Counted from the first letter of the stretch, positions 10,024-19,797 are shown. The stretch: 64,000 bases of DNA from an uncultured Alphaproteobacteria bacterium (GCA_944393725.1 CALYBC010000009.1:210099-274098); one strand, 5' to 3'. The notes: generated by a model not told the origin, from the letters alone. Numbers and translations: made by a program.

Positions 10024-11382
10024 ATGTTTGAAAAAGTACTGATTGCCAACCGCGGCGAAGTAGCATTGAGGATTAATCGTGCTTGCCATGAGATGGGAAT
10101 TAAGACCGTGGCCGTACATTCTACCGCCGACAGAGATGCCATGCATGTTCGCTTGGCTGATGAGGCGGTTTGTATCGGCGGACCACAATCTAAAGATTCT
10201 TATCTTAATAAGACAGCTATTATCTCTGCCGCTATAGTTACCGGTGCTAATGCTATTCACCCCGGATACGGCTTTTTATCTGAAAATGCCGATTTTGCCG
10301 AAATGGTCATAAAGCATGGCCTTACTTTTATCGGACCTACTCCGGAGCAGATGCGTTTGATGGGTGATAAAATTGCCTCTAAAAAAGCTGCCATTGAAGC
10401 CGGTCTACCGGTCACTAAAGGTTCTCCGGCGTTAGAATCGGTTGAAGATGCCAAAAAATGGGCTAAGGAAATCGGTTATCCGGTTATTATCAAAGCCAAA
10501 GACGGCGGCGGCGGAAAGGGAATGAAAACGGCCTTTAACGAAGAAGAAGTCGAAACCGCTTACACTATGGCTAAAGCCGAGGCAAAATCTTCATTTACCA
10601 GCGATGTGGTATTTATGGAAAAATATCTGCAAAAGCCTCGTCACATAGAAATTCAGATTTTGGCGGATATGCACGGTAATGTTATCCATCTGGGAGAACG
10701 CGACTGCTCAATTCAACGCAAACACCAAAAACTGATTGAAGAAACCCCTTCTCCGGCTCTAAACCAAGAAAAAAGAAACGAGATTTTTGCCATAGTCTGC
10801 TCGGCTATCAAAAAAATCGGTTATTTTGGGGCCGGTACTTTGGAATTTTTGTTTGAAGACGGTGAATTTTATTTTTTAGAGATGAACACCCGTTTGCAAG
10901 TCGAACATCCGATTACCGAGGCAGTTACCGATATTGATATCGTACGCGAACAAATAAGAATCGCTAACGGTGCTAAATTGGGATATACCCAAGATGATGT
11001 AAAGTTTAATGGTGCAGCCATTGAATGTCGAATCAATGCCGAGGATCCGTTTACTTTTGTGCCTTGCCCAGGTAAAATTGCCGAATGGCATGTGCCGGGC
11101 GGACTTGGGGTCAGAGTAGATTCTGAGGCTTACTCCGGTTACAGAATTCCTCCGTTTTATGATAGTATGATTGCAAAACTTATTGTCAGGGGTTCGACCA
11201 GAAGTGCGGCACTCTTAAGATTAAAAAGAGCTTTGCGTGAATTCGTTATCGGCGGCGTAACCACTACTTTGCCCTTGCATGAGGAAATTATTTCTTCACA
11301 AGAGTTTGTGGATGGTCTTTACAATATTCACTGGTTGGAAAAGTTTTTAGAAAAAAGACAGGAAAAAAAGAATGACAAATAA
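10024..11382 (+). CDS. accC: Biotin carboxylase
   Basis: Full-length ATP-grasp biotin carboxylase (KVLIANRGE, GGGGKGM, EMNTRLQVEHP). Confidence 0.95.
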   Translation: MFEKVLIANRGEVALRINRACHEMGIKTVAVHSTADRDAMHVRLADEAVCIGGPQSKDSYLNKTAIISAAIVTGANAIHPGYGFLSENADFAEMVIKHGLTFIGPTPEQMRLMGDKIASKKAAIEAGLPVTKGSPALESVEDAKKWAKEIGYPVIIKAKDGGGGKGMKTAFNEEEVETAYTMAKAEAKSSFTSDVVFMEKYLQKPRHIEIQILADMHGNVIHLGERDCSIQRKHQKLIEETPSPALNQEKRNEIFAIVCSAIKKIGYFGAGTLEFLFEDGEFYFLEMNTRLQVEHPITEAVTDIDIVREQIRIANGAKLGYTQDDVKFNGAAIECRINAEDPFTFVPCPGKIAEWHVPGGLGVRVDSEAYSGYRIPPFYDSMIAKLIVRGSTRSAALLRLKRALREFVIGGVTTTLPLHEEIISSQEFVDGLYNIHWLEKFLEKRQEKKNDK

Positions 11383-12388
11383 TTTACCGATGATTACCGG
11401 TATTGGCTATGCAATACCGTCAAAAGTCGTAACTAATAATGATTTAACCTCGCTATATGATACTTCGGATGAGTGGATTTATTCTCGTACAGGTATCAAA
11501 GAAAGACACTTGTTCAAAAGTGATGCTGAAGCATTGGAACTTTTGGAAAAAGCTGCCAGACAGGCTATAAATAATGCTAAAATAAGTGCTGAAGATATTG
11601 ACATTATTATTGCGGCGACCTCTATGCCGGTGCAAATGATGCCGACAATGTCGTGTACAGTCCAAAAACTTTTGAATATAAAACGCAATATCCCGGCTTT
11701 TGATTTCTCGGTTGCTTGTTCCGGTTTTATATACGGATTGGATATTGCAAATGCTTATATAAAAGCCGGAATTTATAAAAATATCTTGCTTATTACTTTT
11801 GATAACTGCTCGCGTTATCTGGATTGGACCGACCGCCGTACTTCAATTTTGTTTGGTGATGGTATCGGAGCTGCGGTTGTTTCTGCCGGTGAAGAAAACG
11901 ATATTTTGGCTATTGATATTAAGGCTGACGGACATGTCGGTGACTATATAACTTTGCCGGTACCGCATGGTAACTGTCCATTTGTTGAAACCAATGATGA
12001 TAAACAAATTTTAGCCATGAAAGGGCAAGATGTTTATAAATTTGTGGCCAATATTATCCCTAATTATATCACCGATACCATATTGGCACAAAACAACATT
12101 AATAGTGATAGTGTTGATTATTTGATATTACATCAGGCAAATCAAAGAATTATCAAAGCAGTACAAGACAGGTTGAATTATACTGACGATAAAGTAATAT
12201 CCAATATTGAACATTTGGGTAATACTTCGGCTTCATCCATATTGATTGCCATGGGGGAAGCAATTAAACAAGGTAGAGTGAAAACACCTTCTAAAGCAAT
12301 AATTTGCGGCTTTGGAGCCGGTATGTGCTGGGGCGGCGGTGTCATCCGTTTGCGAGAAGGAGTTTTTAGAAAAGAAAATATTTTTTAA
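11372..12388 (+). CDS. fabH: 3-oxoacyl-ACP synthase III
   Basis: KAS III features (AFDFSVACSGFIYGL active-site Cys, HQANQRI, GNTSASS). It overlaps accC by 11 nt. Confidence 0.9.
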   Translation: MTNNLPMITGIGYAIPSKVVTNNDLTSLYDTSDEWIYSRTGIKERHLFKSDAEALELLEKAARQAINNAKISAEDIDIIIAATSMPVQMMPTMSCTVQKLLNIKRNIPAFDFSVACSGFIYGLDIANAYIKAGIYKNILLITFDNCSRYLDWTDRRTSILFGDGIGAAVVSAGEENDILAIDIKADGHVGDYITLPVPHGNCPFVETNDDKQILAMKGQDVYKFVANIIPNYITDTILAQNNINSDSVDYLILHQANQRIIKAVQDRLNYTDDKVISNIEHLGNTSASSILIAMGEAIKQGRVKTPSKAIICGFGAGMCWGGGVIRLREGVFRKENIF

Positions 12389-12407
12389 ATAAAAGAGGAA
12401 ACAGACT

Positions 12408-13664
12408 ATGAAGAGAGTTGTTGTTACTGGATTGGGAGCTTTGACTCCTTTCGGAATGGGTGTTAAAACCGCTTGGGATGCTATTATTGCCGGAAAATCT
12501 GCCATCCATAATATCACAAAATTTGATACCGAAAATTTTGGCGTTAAAGTTGCCGGTGAGGTAATTAAAGGTTCCGAGCCCGGGCAATTTAATCCGGACG
12601 AATTTATGGAACCCAAAGAACAAAAAAGAGTTGATGACTTTATTTTGTTTGGTATTGCTGCGGCAGAAGAAGCAATCAAAGATGCTAACTGGATGCCCGA
12701 GGACGAAAAAGAAAAAGCTCGTACCGGCGTTATAATCGGCTCTGGTATAGGAGGCCTGAAGACCATTTATGATAATGCAAAAATCTTGGCCGATGCCGGT
12801 CCGCGTCGTATAAGCCCGTTTTTTATTCCGGCCACAATCATTAATATGACTTCAGGACATGTGTCGATAAGACACGGATTTACCGGCCCGAATTTGGCTT
12901 GCGTTACGGCTTGTGCTACCGGTTCTCATGCCGTGGCTCATGCTTATCAAGCCATTGTTATGGATGATGCCGATGTTATGATCGTAGGCGGTGCCGAAGC
13001 TGCCGTTTGTGCTCTTTCGGTTGCCGGATTTATGCAAGCAAAAGCTTTGTCTCACAGCTATAATGACACTCCAGAAAAAGCATCTCGTCCTTGGGATAAG
13101 GGTCATGACGGCTTTGTAATGGGTGAAGGTGCCGGTGTGTTGGTATTGGAAGAATATGAACATGCCAAGGCCAGAGGTGCAAAAATTTATGCCGAATTAT
13201 CCGGTTATGGTACATCGGGTGATGCTTACCATATTACCTCTCCTTCTCCGGACGGATCAGGTGCGAAAAAAGCTATGAGTGAAGCTTTGCGTAAATCAAA
13301 CATTAAACCTGAAGAGGTTACCTATATCAACGCTCATGGTACTTCGACCATGATCGGCGATGCTATGGAAGCAAAAGCCGTTTCTGAATTGTTTGCCGGC
13401 TGCAAGGATTTGAAAATGTCTTCAACAAAATCGGCCATCGGTCACTTGCTAGGTGCTGCCGGTGCCGTTGAAGCCGTATTCTGTGTTAAGGCTATTGAAA
13501 CCGGAATTTTGCCGCCTACCCTCAATCTTGAAGACCCGATTGATGAGGTTGCCGGAATGGACTTGGTACCTAATCAGGCTCGCAAGTGCGATGTAAAAGT
13601 TGCAATGTCGAACTCTTTTGGCTTTGGCGGAACCAATGCTTCTTTGGTATTTAGGAAAATTTAA
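12408..13664 (+). CDS. fabF: 3-oxoacyl-ACP synthase II
   Basis: KAS II features (ACATGSHA active-site Cys, NAHGTST, SNSFGFGGTNASL). Confidence 0.9.
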   Translation: MKRVVVTGLGALTPFGMGVKTAWDAIIAGKSAIHNITKFDTENFGVKVAGEVIKGSEPGQFNPDEFMEPKEQKRVDDFILFGIAAAEEAIKDANWMPEDEKEKARTGVIIGSGIGGLKTIYDNAKILADAGPRRISPFFIPATIINMTSGHVSIRHGFTGPNLACVTACATGSHAVAHAYQAIVMDDADVMIVGGAEAAVCALSVAGFMQAKALSHSYNDTPEKASRPWDKGHDGFVMGEGAGVLVLEEYEHAKARGAKIYAELSGYGTSGDAYHITSPSPDGSGAKKAMSEALRKSNIKPEEVTYINAHGTSTMIGDAMEAKAVSELFAGCKDLKMSSTKSAIGHLLGAAGAVEAVFCVKAIETGILPPTLNLEDPIDEVAGMDLVPNQARKCDVKVAMSNSFGFGGTNASLVFRKI

Positions 13665-13674
13665 GGAAAATAAG

Positions 13675-14604
13675 ATGCAGGTAATATCTGATGTTTTGGT
13701 CTTCCCCGGACAAGGGTCGCAAAAAATCGGCATGGGTAAAGATTTGGCCGAAAATTTTGCCGTGGCCAAAGATGTCTTTAATAAGGTTGATGATGCCCTA
13801 AACTTCAAATTAAGTGCTTTAATGTTTGACGGTGAGATTGAAGAATTGAACAAAACTTCTAATGCTCAGCCGGCAATTATGGCTGCCTCGATAGCTTATT
13901 TCGAGGTTTTGAAGAGCTTAGGCTTAATCAATATCAATAATATCAAATTCATGGCCGGACACTCTTTGGGTGAGTATTCGGCTTTGTGTGCAGCTGAGAG
14001 TTTGTCGTTGGAAGATACCGCAAAATTACTCAAAGCTCGCGGCTCTTATATGATGCAGGCTTGTATTGATAATCCGGGGGCAATGGCCGCTCTTATAGGC
14101 TTTGACTACAACAAAGCAATGATAATAGCCGATGAGGCCGGATGTTTCGTCGGAAACTCAAACTCTCCGGCACAAATTGTATTAAGCGGGTCTACCCAAT
14201 CAGTTGAAAAAGCTTGTGAAGAAGCCAAAGCTCAAGGTGTTAAGCGAGCTATTATGTTGCCGGTTTCCGGAGCATTTCATTCACCTTTGATGCAATCTGC
14301 CGCCGATAAAATGGCAGAAGTTATTGCCAATACCAAATTTGCCGAGCCAAAAGTTAAAGTAGTAAGCAACCTTTCGGCAAAACCTTACGAAAATACCGTC
14401 GAAATTAAAGATTTGTTGGTTAAACAAATTACCAACACGGTTAAGTGGCAAGAAAGTGTCGTCTATATGGCTGATAACGGAGCTAAAAGATTTGTAGAAA
14501 CAGGCTTTGGTAATGTCCTGTCCGGTTTGGTTAAGAAAATTTTGCCGGAGGCGGAAGTTTTGTCGGCCGAAGATTTGCTCAAATCTTACGCTCAAGCAAT
14601 TTAA
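13675..14604 (+). CDS. fabD: Malonyl-CoA:ACP transacylase
   Basis: FPGQGSQ and GHSLGEYSAL motifs. ATG 13675 follows AAGGAAAATAAG. The track's 13600 start overlaps fabF and looks like an artefactual extension. Confidence 0.9.
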   Translation: MQVISDVLVFPGQGSQKIGMGKDLAENFAVAKDVFNKVDDALNFKLSALMFDGEIEELNKTSNAQPAIMAASIAYFEVLKSLGLININNIKFMAGHSLGEYSALCAAESLSLEDTAKLLKARGSYMMQACIDNPGAMAALIGFDYNKAMIIADEAGCFVGNSNSPAQIVLSGSTQSVEKACEEAKAQGVKRAIMLPVSGAFHSPLMQSAADKMAEVIANTKFAEPKVKVVSNLSAKPYENTVEIKDLLVKQITNTVKWQESVVYMADNGAKRFVETGFGNVLSGLVKKILPEAEVLSAEDLLKSYAQAI

Positions 14605-14615
14605 GGAGATTTTCC

Positions 14616-15359
14616 ATGCTTGATTTTCACGGTAAAACCGTGTTGATTACCGGAGCTACGGGGGGAATCGGACGCGGAATTTGCAAATTGTTTCAACAAC
14701 AAGGAGCTCAGCTAGCCATTGTCGGTCGTGATGAAGCTAAACTGGAAGAATTTCGCAAAACCGAACTGCCAAACGGAGATGTCAAGATCTATGCCGCTGA
14801 TTTGAGTGATGAAAATAATATCTCCTCTTTGGTTGACAAAGTGGAACAAGATTGCGGTAAAATTGATGTGCTTATCAATAATGCCGGTATTACCAAAGAT
14901 AATTTATCGCTTAAAATATCAACCGAAGCTTGGCATAAGGTATTGGATACCAATCTAACCTCAAGCTTCTTGTTATCAAAGGCAGTTTTACCTTGCATGC
15001 TTAAACATCGTTTTGGACGAATTATCAATATGACTTCTATTGTGGGGGTTATAGGAAATGCCGGCCAAAGTAACTATGCCGCCAGTAAAGCCGGTCTTAT
15101 CGGAATGTCTAAATCAATGGCTTTGGAAGTTGCTTCCAGAGGAATTACCATTAATTGCTTGGCTCCCGGATTTATAAAAACTCCTATGACTGATGTATTG
15201 ACCGAAAAAGCTAAAGAAAAGTTGTTGGAAAATATTCCGATGGCCAAAATGGGGACCCCTGATGATGTGGCTAACGCAGCACTGTTTTTGGCCAGCGACG
15301 AAGCCGGATATATTACCGGACAAACTATCCATGTCAACGGTGGAATGGCTATGATTTAA
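14616..15359 (+). CDS. fabG: 3-oxoacyl-ACP reductase
   Basis: Classical SDR (TGATGGIG, NNAG, YAASKAG). Confidence 0.9.
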   Translation: MLDFHGKTVLITGATGGIGRGICKLFQQQGAQLAIVGRDEAKLEEFRKTELPNGDVKIYAADLSDENNISSLVDKVEQDCGKIDVLINNAGITKDNLSLKISTEAWHKVLDTNLTSSFLLSKAVLPCMLKHRFGRIINMTSIVGVIGNAGQSNYAASKAGLIGMSKSMALEVASRGITINCLAPGFIKTPMTDVLTEKAKEKLLENIPMAKMGTPDDVANAALFLASDEAGYITGQTIHVNGGMAMI

Positions 15360-15369
15360 GAGGCTGATT

Positions 15370-16545
15370 ATGAACAAACTCTATCTTAATAAAGCTCAAC
15401 TTGACGCCGAAATAGCCAAATGCTTAAATTGTGTGTCTAAGCCTTGTATGACTGCTTGTCCGGTTAACTGTTCGCCGCAAGAATTTATCCAGCACGCCAA
15501 AGCCGGAGAATTTACCGAGGCCGTGCAATCCATTTGCAAAAATAATCCCATGGGACATACATGCGGATTGATTTGTCCGGATAAATTTTGCATGAAGGCA
15601 TGTCTGAGAGCAAAAATAGACCACCCGATTAACATTCCTTTGGTGCAAGCAACCCTTATCAGCAAATATCGCCAAGATTTGACCGATACGGACAGATTAC
15701 CCGATAATAACAAAAAAATAGCCATTGTCGGTGCCGGTCCGGCCGGAATGGCGGCAGCATGGAAATTAGTTAAGTTGGGATACTCCGTCAAATTGTTTGA
15801 AAAGTCTGACAAAGTCGGCGGTGCTCTTAATTTAATTCCCGATTATCGTCTGCCTTATGAGGTGATTGAAGATGATTGGAACTATATCAAACGCATAGGT
15901 AAAGCCGAAGTTGAGTTTAAGATGCAAATTGATAATCCGACCGAGCTGCTTGATAAGGGTTTTGACGGCGTTATCATGGCCATAGGTGAGCAAAATGTCA
16001 TTGACCTTGGGGTTGAAGGTGAAGAAAATGTAGTAGCTTATGCCGATTATCTAAAAACTCCGTCTGTTTACAAAGGAGCCAAAAAAGTAGGTATTATCGG
16101 CGGCGGTAATGTAGCTGCAGATTGTGCCATGACTGCCAAACAGCAAGGTGCCGACAATATATCGGTATTTGTCAGACGCAAGATTTTTGATATGAAAGTT
16201 ACCAAAAAAGAAATGCAAGAACTTTTGGATAACCAAATAGATCTGGTTACCACGACAAGAGTTTGCAAAGTTGAAAAAAATGCCGATAAACTTGATATAT
16301 ATACCTGCTCTACTCAACCGGGTGAACATGGTTATGTTGATATTGAAAATTCAGTTGTAAAAAGAACCGGATTTGATTTAATTATTAAAGCTATCGGCAG
16401 TCGAGCCGAAAAACCGCTCGACCACTCGAAAATAATTTATGCCGGAGATTGCAAAATCGGAGGTTCTACCATTGTCGAAGCGGTCGCTTCCGGTCTTGAT
16501 TCGGCAAAATTATTACATTCTAAACTATCGGGAGAAGAAAAATGA
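15370..16545 (+). CDS. GltD/PreT-like NAD(P)H-dependent FAD oxidoreductase with an N-terminal Fe-S Cys cluster
   Basis: N-terminal CLNCVSKPCMTACP... Cys motifs, then IAIVGAGPAGMAAA and IIGGGNVAADCA dinucleotide-binding motifs. Confidence 0.6.
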   Translation: MNKLYLNKAQLDAEIAKCLNCVSKPCMTACPVNCSPQEFIQHAKAGEFTEAVQSICKNNPMGHTCGLICPDKFCMKACLRAKIDHPINIPLVQATLISKYRQDLTDTDRLPDNNKKIAIVGAGPAGMAAAWKLVKLGYSVKLFEKSDKVGGALNLIPDYRLPYEVIEDDWNYIKRIGKAEVEFKMQIDNPTELLDKGFDGVIMAIGEQNVIDLGVEGEENVVAYADYLKTPSVYKGAKKVGIIGGGNVAADCAMTAKQQGADNISVFVRRKIFDMKVTKKEMQELLDNQIDLVTTTRVCKVEKNADKLDIYTCSTQPGEHGYVDIENSVVKRTGFDLIIKAIGSRAEKPLDHSKIIYAGDCKIGGSTIVEAVASGLDSAKLLHSKLSGEEK

Positions 16546-17180
16546 AAAAACTTATTATTGCCGGAATGATGGCGGTTATGTTGAGTGCCTGTGCGACCGA
16601 TCCTTATACCGGGGAAAGCAAGGTCGCCAAAACTGCCTGGGGTGCAGGAATCGGAACTGCACTTGGTGCCGGAATCGGTGCCTTGGTTGATGGTGAAAAA
16701 GGAGCGTTAATCGGAGCCGGAATCGGTGCTGCCAGCGGTGCTGCTGCCGGCGGATATATGGATTATCAGGCCGCTAAACTACGCAAAGAGTTGGTCGGAA
16801 CCGGTGTACAGGTTAAGGAAATTGATGGCAAAATTTATTTGGTGATGCCCGGTAATATAACCTTTGATACCAATCAAGCCTTTATTAAATCTTCCTTCCA
16901 ACCAGTTGTAGTTTCTATTGCTAAGGTTTTGAAAGAATATGATAAAACTCTGGTTCAGGTTAACGGATATACAGATAACACCGGTTCTGATGCCATAAAT
17001 ATGCCGCTTTCGCAAAGAAGAGCCAATGCCGTGGCCGATTTCTTAAAATTGCAAGGTGTGGCTGCAAGTCGTATTATTGCAACCGGTTATGGCTCGGCAA
17101 ATCCGATTGCCTCGAATGCAACGGCTGCCGGACGCGAGCAAAACCGCAGAGTTGAGATTGTACTTATTAATCAGCAATAA
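16542..17180 (+). CDS. OmpA-family lipoprotein with a glycine-zipper region
   Basis: Lipobox MLSAC, a GxxxG-rich segment, and an OmpA C-terminal domain (NTGSDAINMPLSQRRANAV, NRRVEIV). ATGA overlap with the upstream gene. Confidence 0.8.
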   Translation: MKKLIIAGMMAVMLSACATDPYTGESKVAKTAWGAGIGTALGAGIGALVDGEKGALIGAGIGAASGAAAGGYMDYQAAKLRKELVGTGVQVKEIDGKIYLVMPGNITFDTNQAFIKSSFQPVVVSIAKVLKEYDKTLVQVNGYTDNTGSDAINMPLSQRRANAVADFLKLQGVAASRIIATGYGSANPIASNATAAGREQNRRVEIVLINQQ

Positions 17181-17204
17181 TCTTTTAACTTAGTTTTTTT
17201 ATCT

Positions 17205-17232
17205 GAGGAGGATTTATGCCTCCTCTTTTTTT
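17205..17232 (+). terminator. Rho-independent terminator
   Basis: GAGGAGG-ATTTATG-CCTCCTC followed by T7. Confidence 0.8.
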
Positions 17233-17334
17233 GACAAAAATCATCTTTTTTGTCGTTTTATGGTTGACGGATAATAAAAATGGTGCTAGCGTCATTGCGT
17301 TAACATATTTTTAATTCTTAATTTTTATTTAATT

Positions 17335-17655
17335 ATGGCAAAAAAGATTTTTGAGGTGGCCCAGATTCTCGATATGAGACCGCATAATTGGGCAGTTACG
17401 ACTGAAAACTATTTGAAAACGGAACGAGTTCCGTACTTAAGACAGTTCGTAAACTACTGCAAGCTAATCGGCTTTTCAAAAGAAGAGTTGATTGAAGCGT
17501 GGGCTGAAATGATGGAAATCAAATCCGAAGGAAAAGATTTTGCGGAATCTTCCGAGGATTTAACCTTAGGTGAAGCTTTGTCAGTATTTTTTGGCTTGCT
17601 GAACTACAGCGAGGCAAAAAAACACTACCTTGCTTTTTTGGAGCTTTGTAACTAA
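17335..17655 (+). CDS. Hypothetical protein sharing a C-terminal module with the next gene
   Basis: No known family. About 75 aa are homologous to the C-terminus of the 17716-18474 product (EAW...LNYSE..KHYLA). Confidence 0.5.
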   Translation: MAKKIFEVAQILDMRPHNWAVTTENYLKTERVPYLRQFVNYCKLIGFSKEELIEAWAEMMEIKSEGKDFAESSEDLTLGEALSVFFGLLNYSEAKKHYLAFLELCN

Positions 17656-17715
17656 AATGTCTAATCAGCCGTTTTTCTTTCTAAAGAAGGAAAGACGGCT
17701 TAAAAATGTATTATT

Positions 17716-18474
17716 ATGATAAAAAAATTTGCATCTATGGTCGTAAGTTACCAAAATTTTGGTGATTATTATGACTGCAAAAAAGAAATTGACAATGTTA
17801 TCCTTGACACGCTCGAGGATAATATGGTGGCAATGTTTGAAGTAATATCTTCGGATGCCGATAAATCCTTCTATATGGCGGCTTTTTCAAAATTTTGGGA
17901 TGAAGCTGAAGAGTTGGCAGTAACAAACGGACTGGCTCTCCATAAAAAAAGGATTGAGTACCGGAAGGAGCTGTATCGTCTTGCAAATGCCGAAGGTTTT
18001 TGGCAAAAGCTTAAAGCCAAAATTGAGGTCTTCTTGATGCCGCCAATTCATCTGAAAGAATTTCTTGCATGTTATATGTGGGAAAATCCCCAAGAAGATG
18101 AAAAGACCAGAGAGAAAATTATGAAAACTCTGGATAAGGTATGGAGGTCATATTCTGATCTTAAGCCAAATTTTATGGCTGAAGATGTCAGAAGATACAG
18201 ACCGCTTGCGGCTCCGTCATCCGAAGCATTCTATTTTGATGCCGAAGATGCTCCTTATCTAAAAATCTTGTTGCAGGATGCCAAAAAGAAAGGCTATACA
18301 CAACAAGATATTTTGGAGGCTTGGAACGCTTGTCGCCATATGAAGTCGATGAGTATATCAACGGCTTCGTGGACAGAGATTGGGCTTGACAAGGCACTTT
18401 ATGTGCTGTTTGAAAACCTAAACTACAGCGATACGAGACGACACTATATGGCAATAATTTCGTTATCTGAATGA
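17716..18474 (+). CDS. Hypothetical protein; C-terminal module paralogous to the 17335-17655 product
   Basis: APYLKILL...ILEAWNAC...LNYSDTRRHYMAI aligns with VPYLRQFV...LIEAWAEM...LNYSEAKKHYLAF. Confidence 0.5.
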   Translation: MIKKFASMVVSYQNFGDYYDCKKEIDNVILDTLEDNMVAMFEVISSDADKSFYMAAFSKFWDEAEELAVTNGLALHKKRIEYRKELYRLANAEGFWQKLKAKIEVFLMPPIHLKEFLACYMWENPQEDEKTREKIMKTLDKVWRSYSDLKPNFMAEDVRRYRPLAAPSSEAFYFDAEDAPYLKILLQDAKKKGYTQQDILEAWNACRHMKSMSISTASWTEIGLDKALYVLFENLNYSDTRRHYMAIISLSE

Positions 18475-18475
18475 T

Positions 18476-18501
18476 AAAAAGGAGCCTTTTAGGCTCCTTT
18501 T
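18476..18501. terminator. Bidirectional terminator between convergent genes
   Basis: A5-GGAGCCT-TTT-AGGCTCC-T4. Confidence 0.75.
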
Positions 18502-18502
18502 G

Positions 18503-19168
18503 TTATATAATATCTGAGGAAAGTGACAAACCGTAGCTTCTTAGAGCTTCTATCAAATCGGCTAAATACATTCGCTCATAATATTCTAAATAGCCGTCGG
18601 ATAAACAAAGCTTTATGCCGTTACGCAACAGCTCTTCAGCCTGCTTTGGCATTTTGCTTTTAAGATTGCTTACAGCCTCATAAAACTCTTTGCTGTCCGG
18701 AGTTATGCTATTTATGTATTCATCCAAGTATCTGTCACTCAATTTTTGTGCCGATTTTACTGTACTCCTTATATATTCTCTGATTATCTTGTCTTTGATA
18801 TCTTTTTTATTTTTTAAGACTTCAGATAAAAATCGCAATATAATTAAATCATCTTTAATTGAAGAAAAAATGGCATTGTCACTGTTTGGGCTTTGTGTAG
18901 GTACGGATGTTGTTTGACATATGGCATAAAAATCACTAACAAACTTGCCTACATCTTTATAATATTTCTCGCGGGAATTGTCGGTAATATCATGAATAAA
19001 TCCGGAATCAAAAACATATGATTTATTTAACCGATACAAATAAATATCCAAAAAAGTATTGTTATCTTTTTGCCAAACATTGCGGATTGCCGCCCTCTCG
19101 GCATAAATCTTGCCGTTTTTAATAAGATTTACCTGCATATTATAAAATTTGCATTCTTTAATCGTCAT
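18503..19168 (-). CDS. Hypothetical protein (helical C-terminal half, faintly TerB/DjlA-N-like)
   Basis: The ORF fills the gap between two terminators. Family assignment is very tentative. Confidence 0.45.
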   Translation of the reverse strand: MTIKECKFYNMQVNLIKNGKIYAERAAIRNVWQKDNNTFLDIYLYRLNKSYVFDSGFIHDITDNSREKYYKDVGKFVSDFYAICQTTSVPTQSPNSDNAIFSSIKDDLIILRFLSEVLKNKKDIKDKIIREYIRSTVKSAQKLSDRYLDEYINSITPDSKEFYEAVSNLKSKMPKQAEELLRNGIKLCLSDGYLEYYERMYLADLIEALRSYGLSLSSDII

Positions 19169-19293
19169 ACTTAAAGTCCCTATTCTTTTTCGTGATACTA
19201 CAATATTTTATGCTTTAAGTAAATATTTTATTGCTTATTTAAGTAATTCATTATAGCTTGTAACACAATGTTTAATTATTTAACTCTTATTTT

Positions 19294-19797
19294 ATGAAAC
19301 ATAAAGTTTACTATTATTTTATTTATCAAATCTTCCGTGAAAGTAAAAAGTTTAATTGTATTGAAGTCTTCCGACAAATCGCCGATTTAATTGCAAAAGA
19401 TTATCTTTTGGAAATCCATAGTCAAAATTTTGATACATATGACTATATAAATTCAACCGAAATTATAATCTTTAATGAAAAAGCAAATGAAATATATGCC
19501 AAATGTTGTTTGCTTTTGGAAAAAGCTAAATGCTCAGAGAGAATGCTTTGGAAAATAGATAATATTTTGAATATGATTGAAATTTGCACGGAAGATTTTA
19601 AATCTTTGCCCAAATTTGCTTTTTGGCGAAGATTTAAATTGTGGCGAGAGTTGCAAATTTTGCGACACTACTCGGTTTCTTTGGAATATCTGTTGGCCTA
19701 TTTTAAGAATAAAGCCAAAGAACAAGGAGTTTTTGAAGAAGAATTAATTGCAGCATGTCAAGAATATGTCGCAAATTCTACAAAAAAAGGCAGTTAA
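19294..19797 (+). CDS. Hypothetical protein
   Basis: 167-aa ORF with no recognisable motifs; followed by a terminator. Confidence 0.4.
   Translation: MKHKVYYYFIYQIFRESKKFNCIEVFRQIADLIAKDYLLEIHSQNFDTYDYINSTEIIIFNEKANEIYAKCCLLLEKAKCSERMLWKIDNILNMIEICTEDFKSLPKFAFWRRFKLWRELQILRHYSVSLEYLLAYFKNKAKEQGVFEEELIAACQEYVANSTKKGS

Noticed and set aside
9631-10260. 209-aa minus-strand ORF
   Set aside because: Entirely antisense to accB and accC, which have unmistakable motifs. It is a shadow ORF.
12233-12766. 177-aa minus-strand ORF
   Set aside because: Antisense to the fabH/fabF junction and low-complexity. It is a shadow ORF. The same reasoning applies to the many other 60-150-aa antisense ORFs listed inside mfd, lon, recG, the mscK-like gene and others.
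13600-13674. Upstream extensions of track ORFs (fabD 13600; asd-like 54428-54523; nucleotidyltransferase 48829-48879; C2 59971-60054; hisS 56277-56315; trmD 63164-63187; rplS 62433-62450; murD 51013-51063)
   Set aside because: The extensions overlap upstream genes or use TTG/GTG codons without an RBS. Internal ATGs give canonical N-termini and usually follow a Shine-Dalgarno-like sequence.
16439-16690. 83-aa plus-strand ORF spanning the oxidoreductase/ompA-like junction
   Set aside because: It is out of frame with two well-supported genes that it overlaps, and it has a Cys/Arg-rich nonsense composition.
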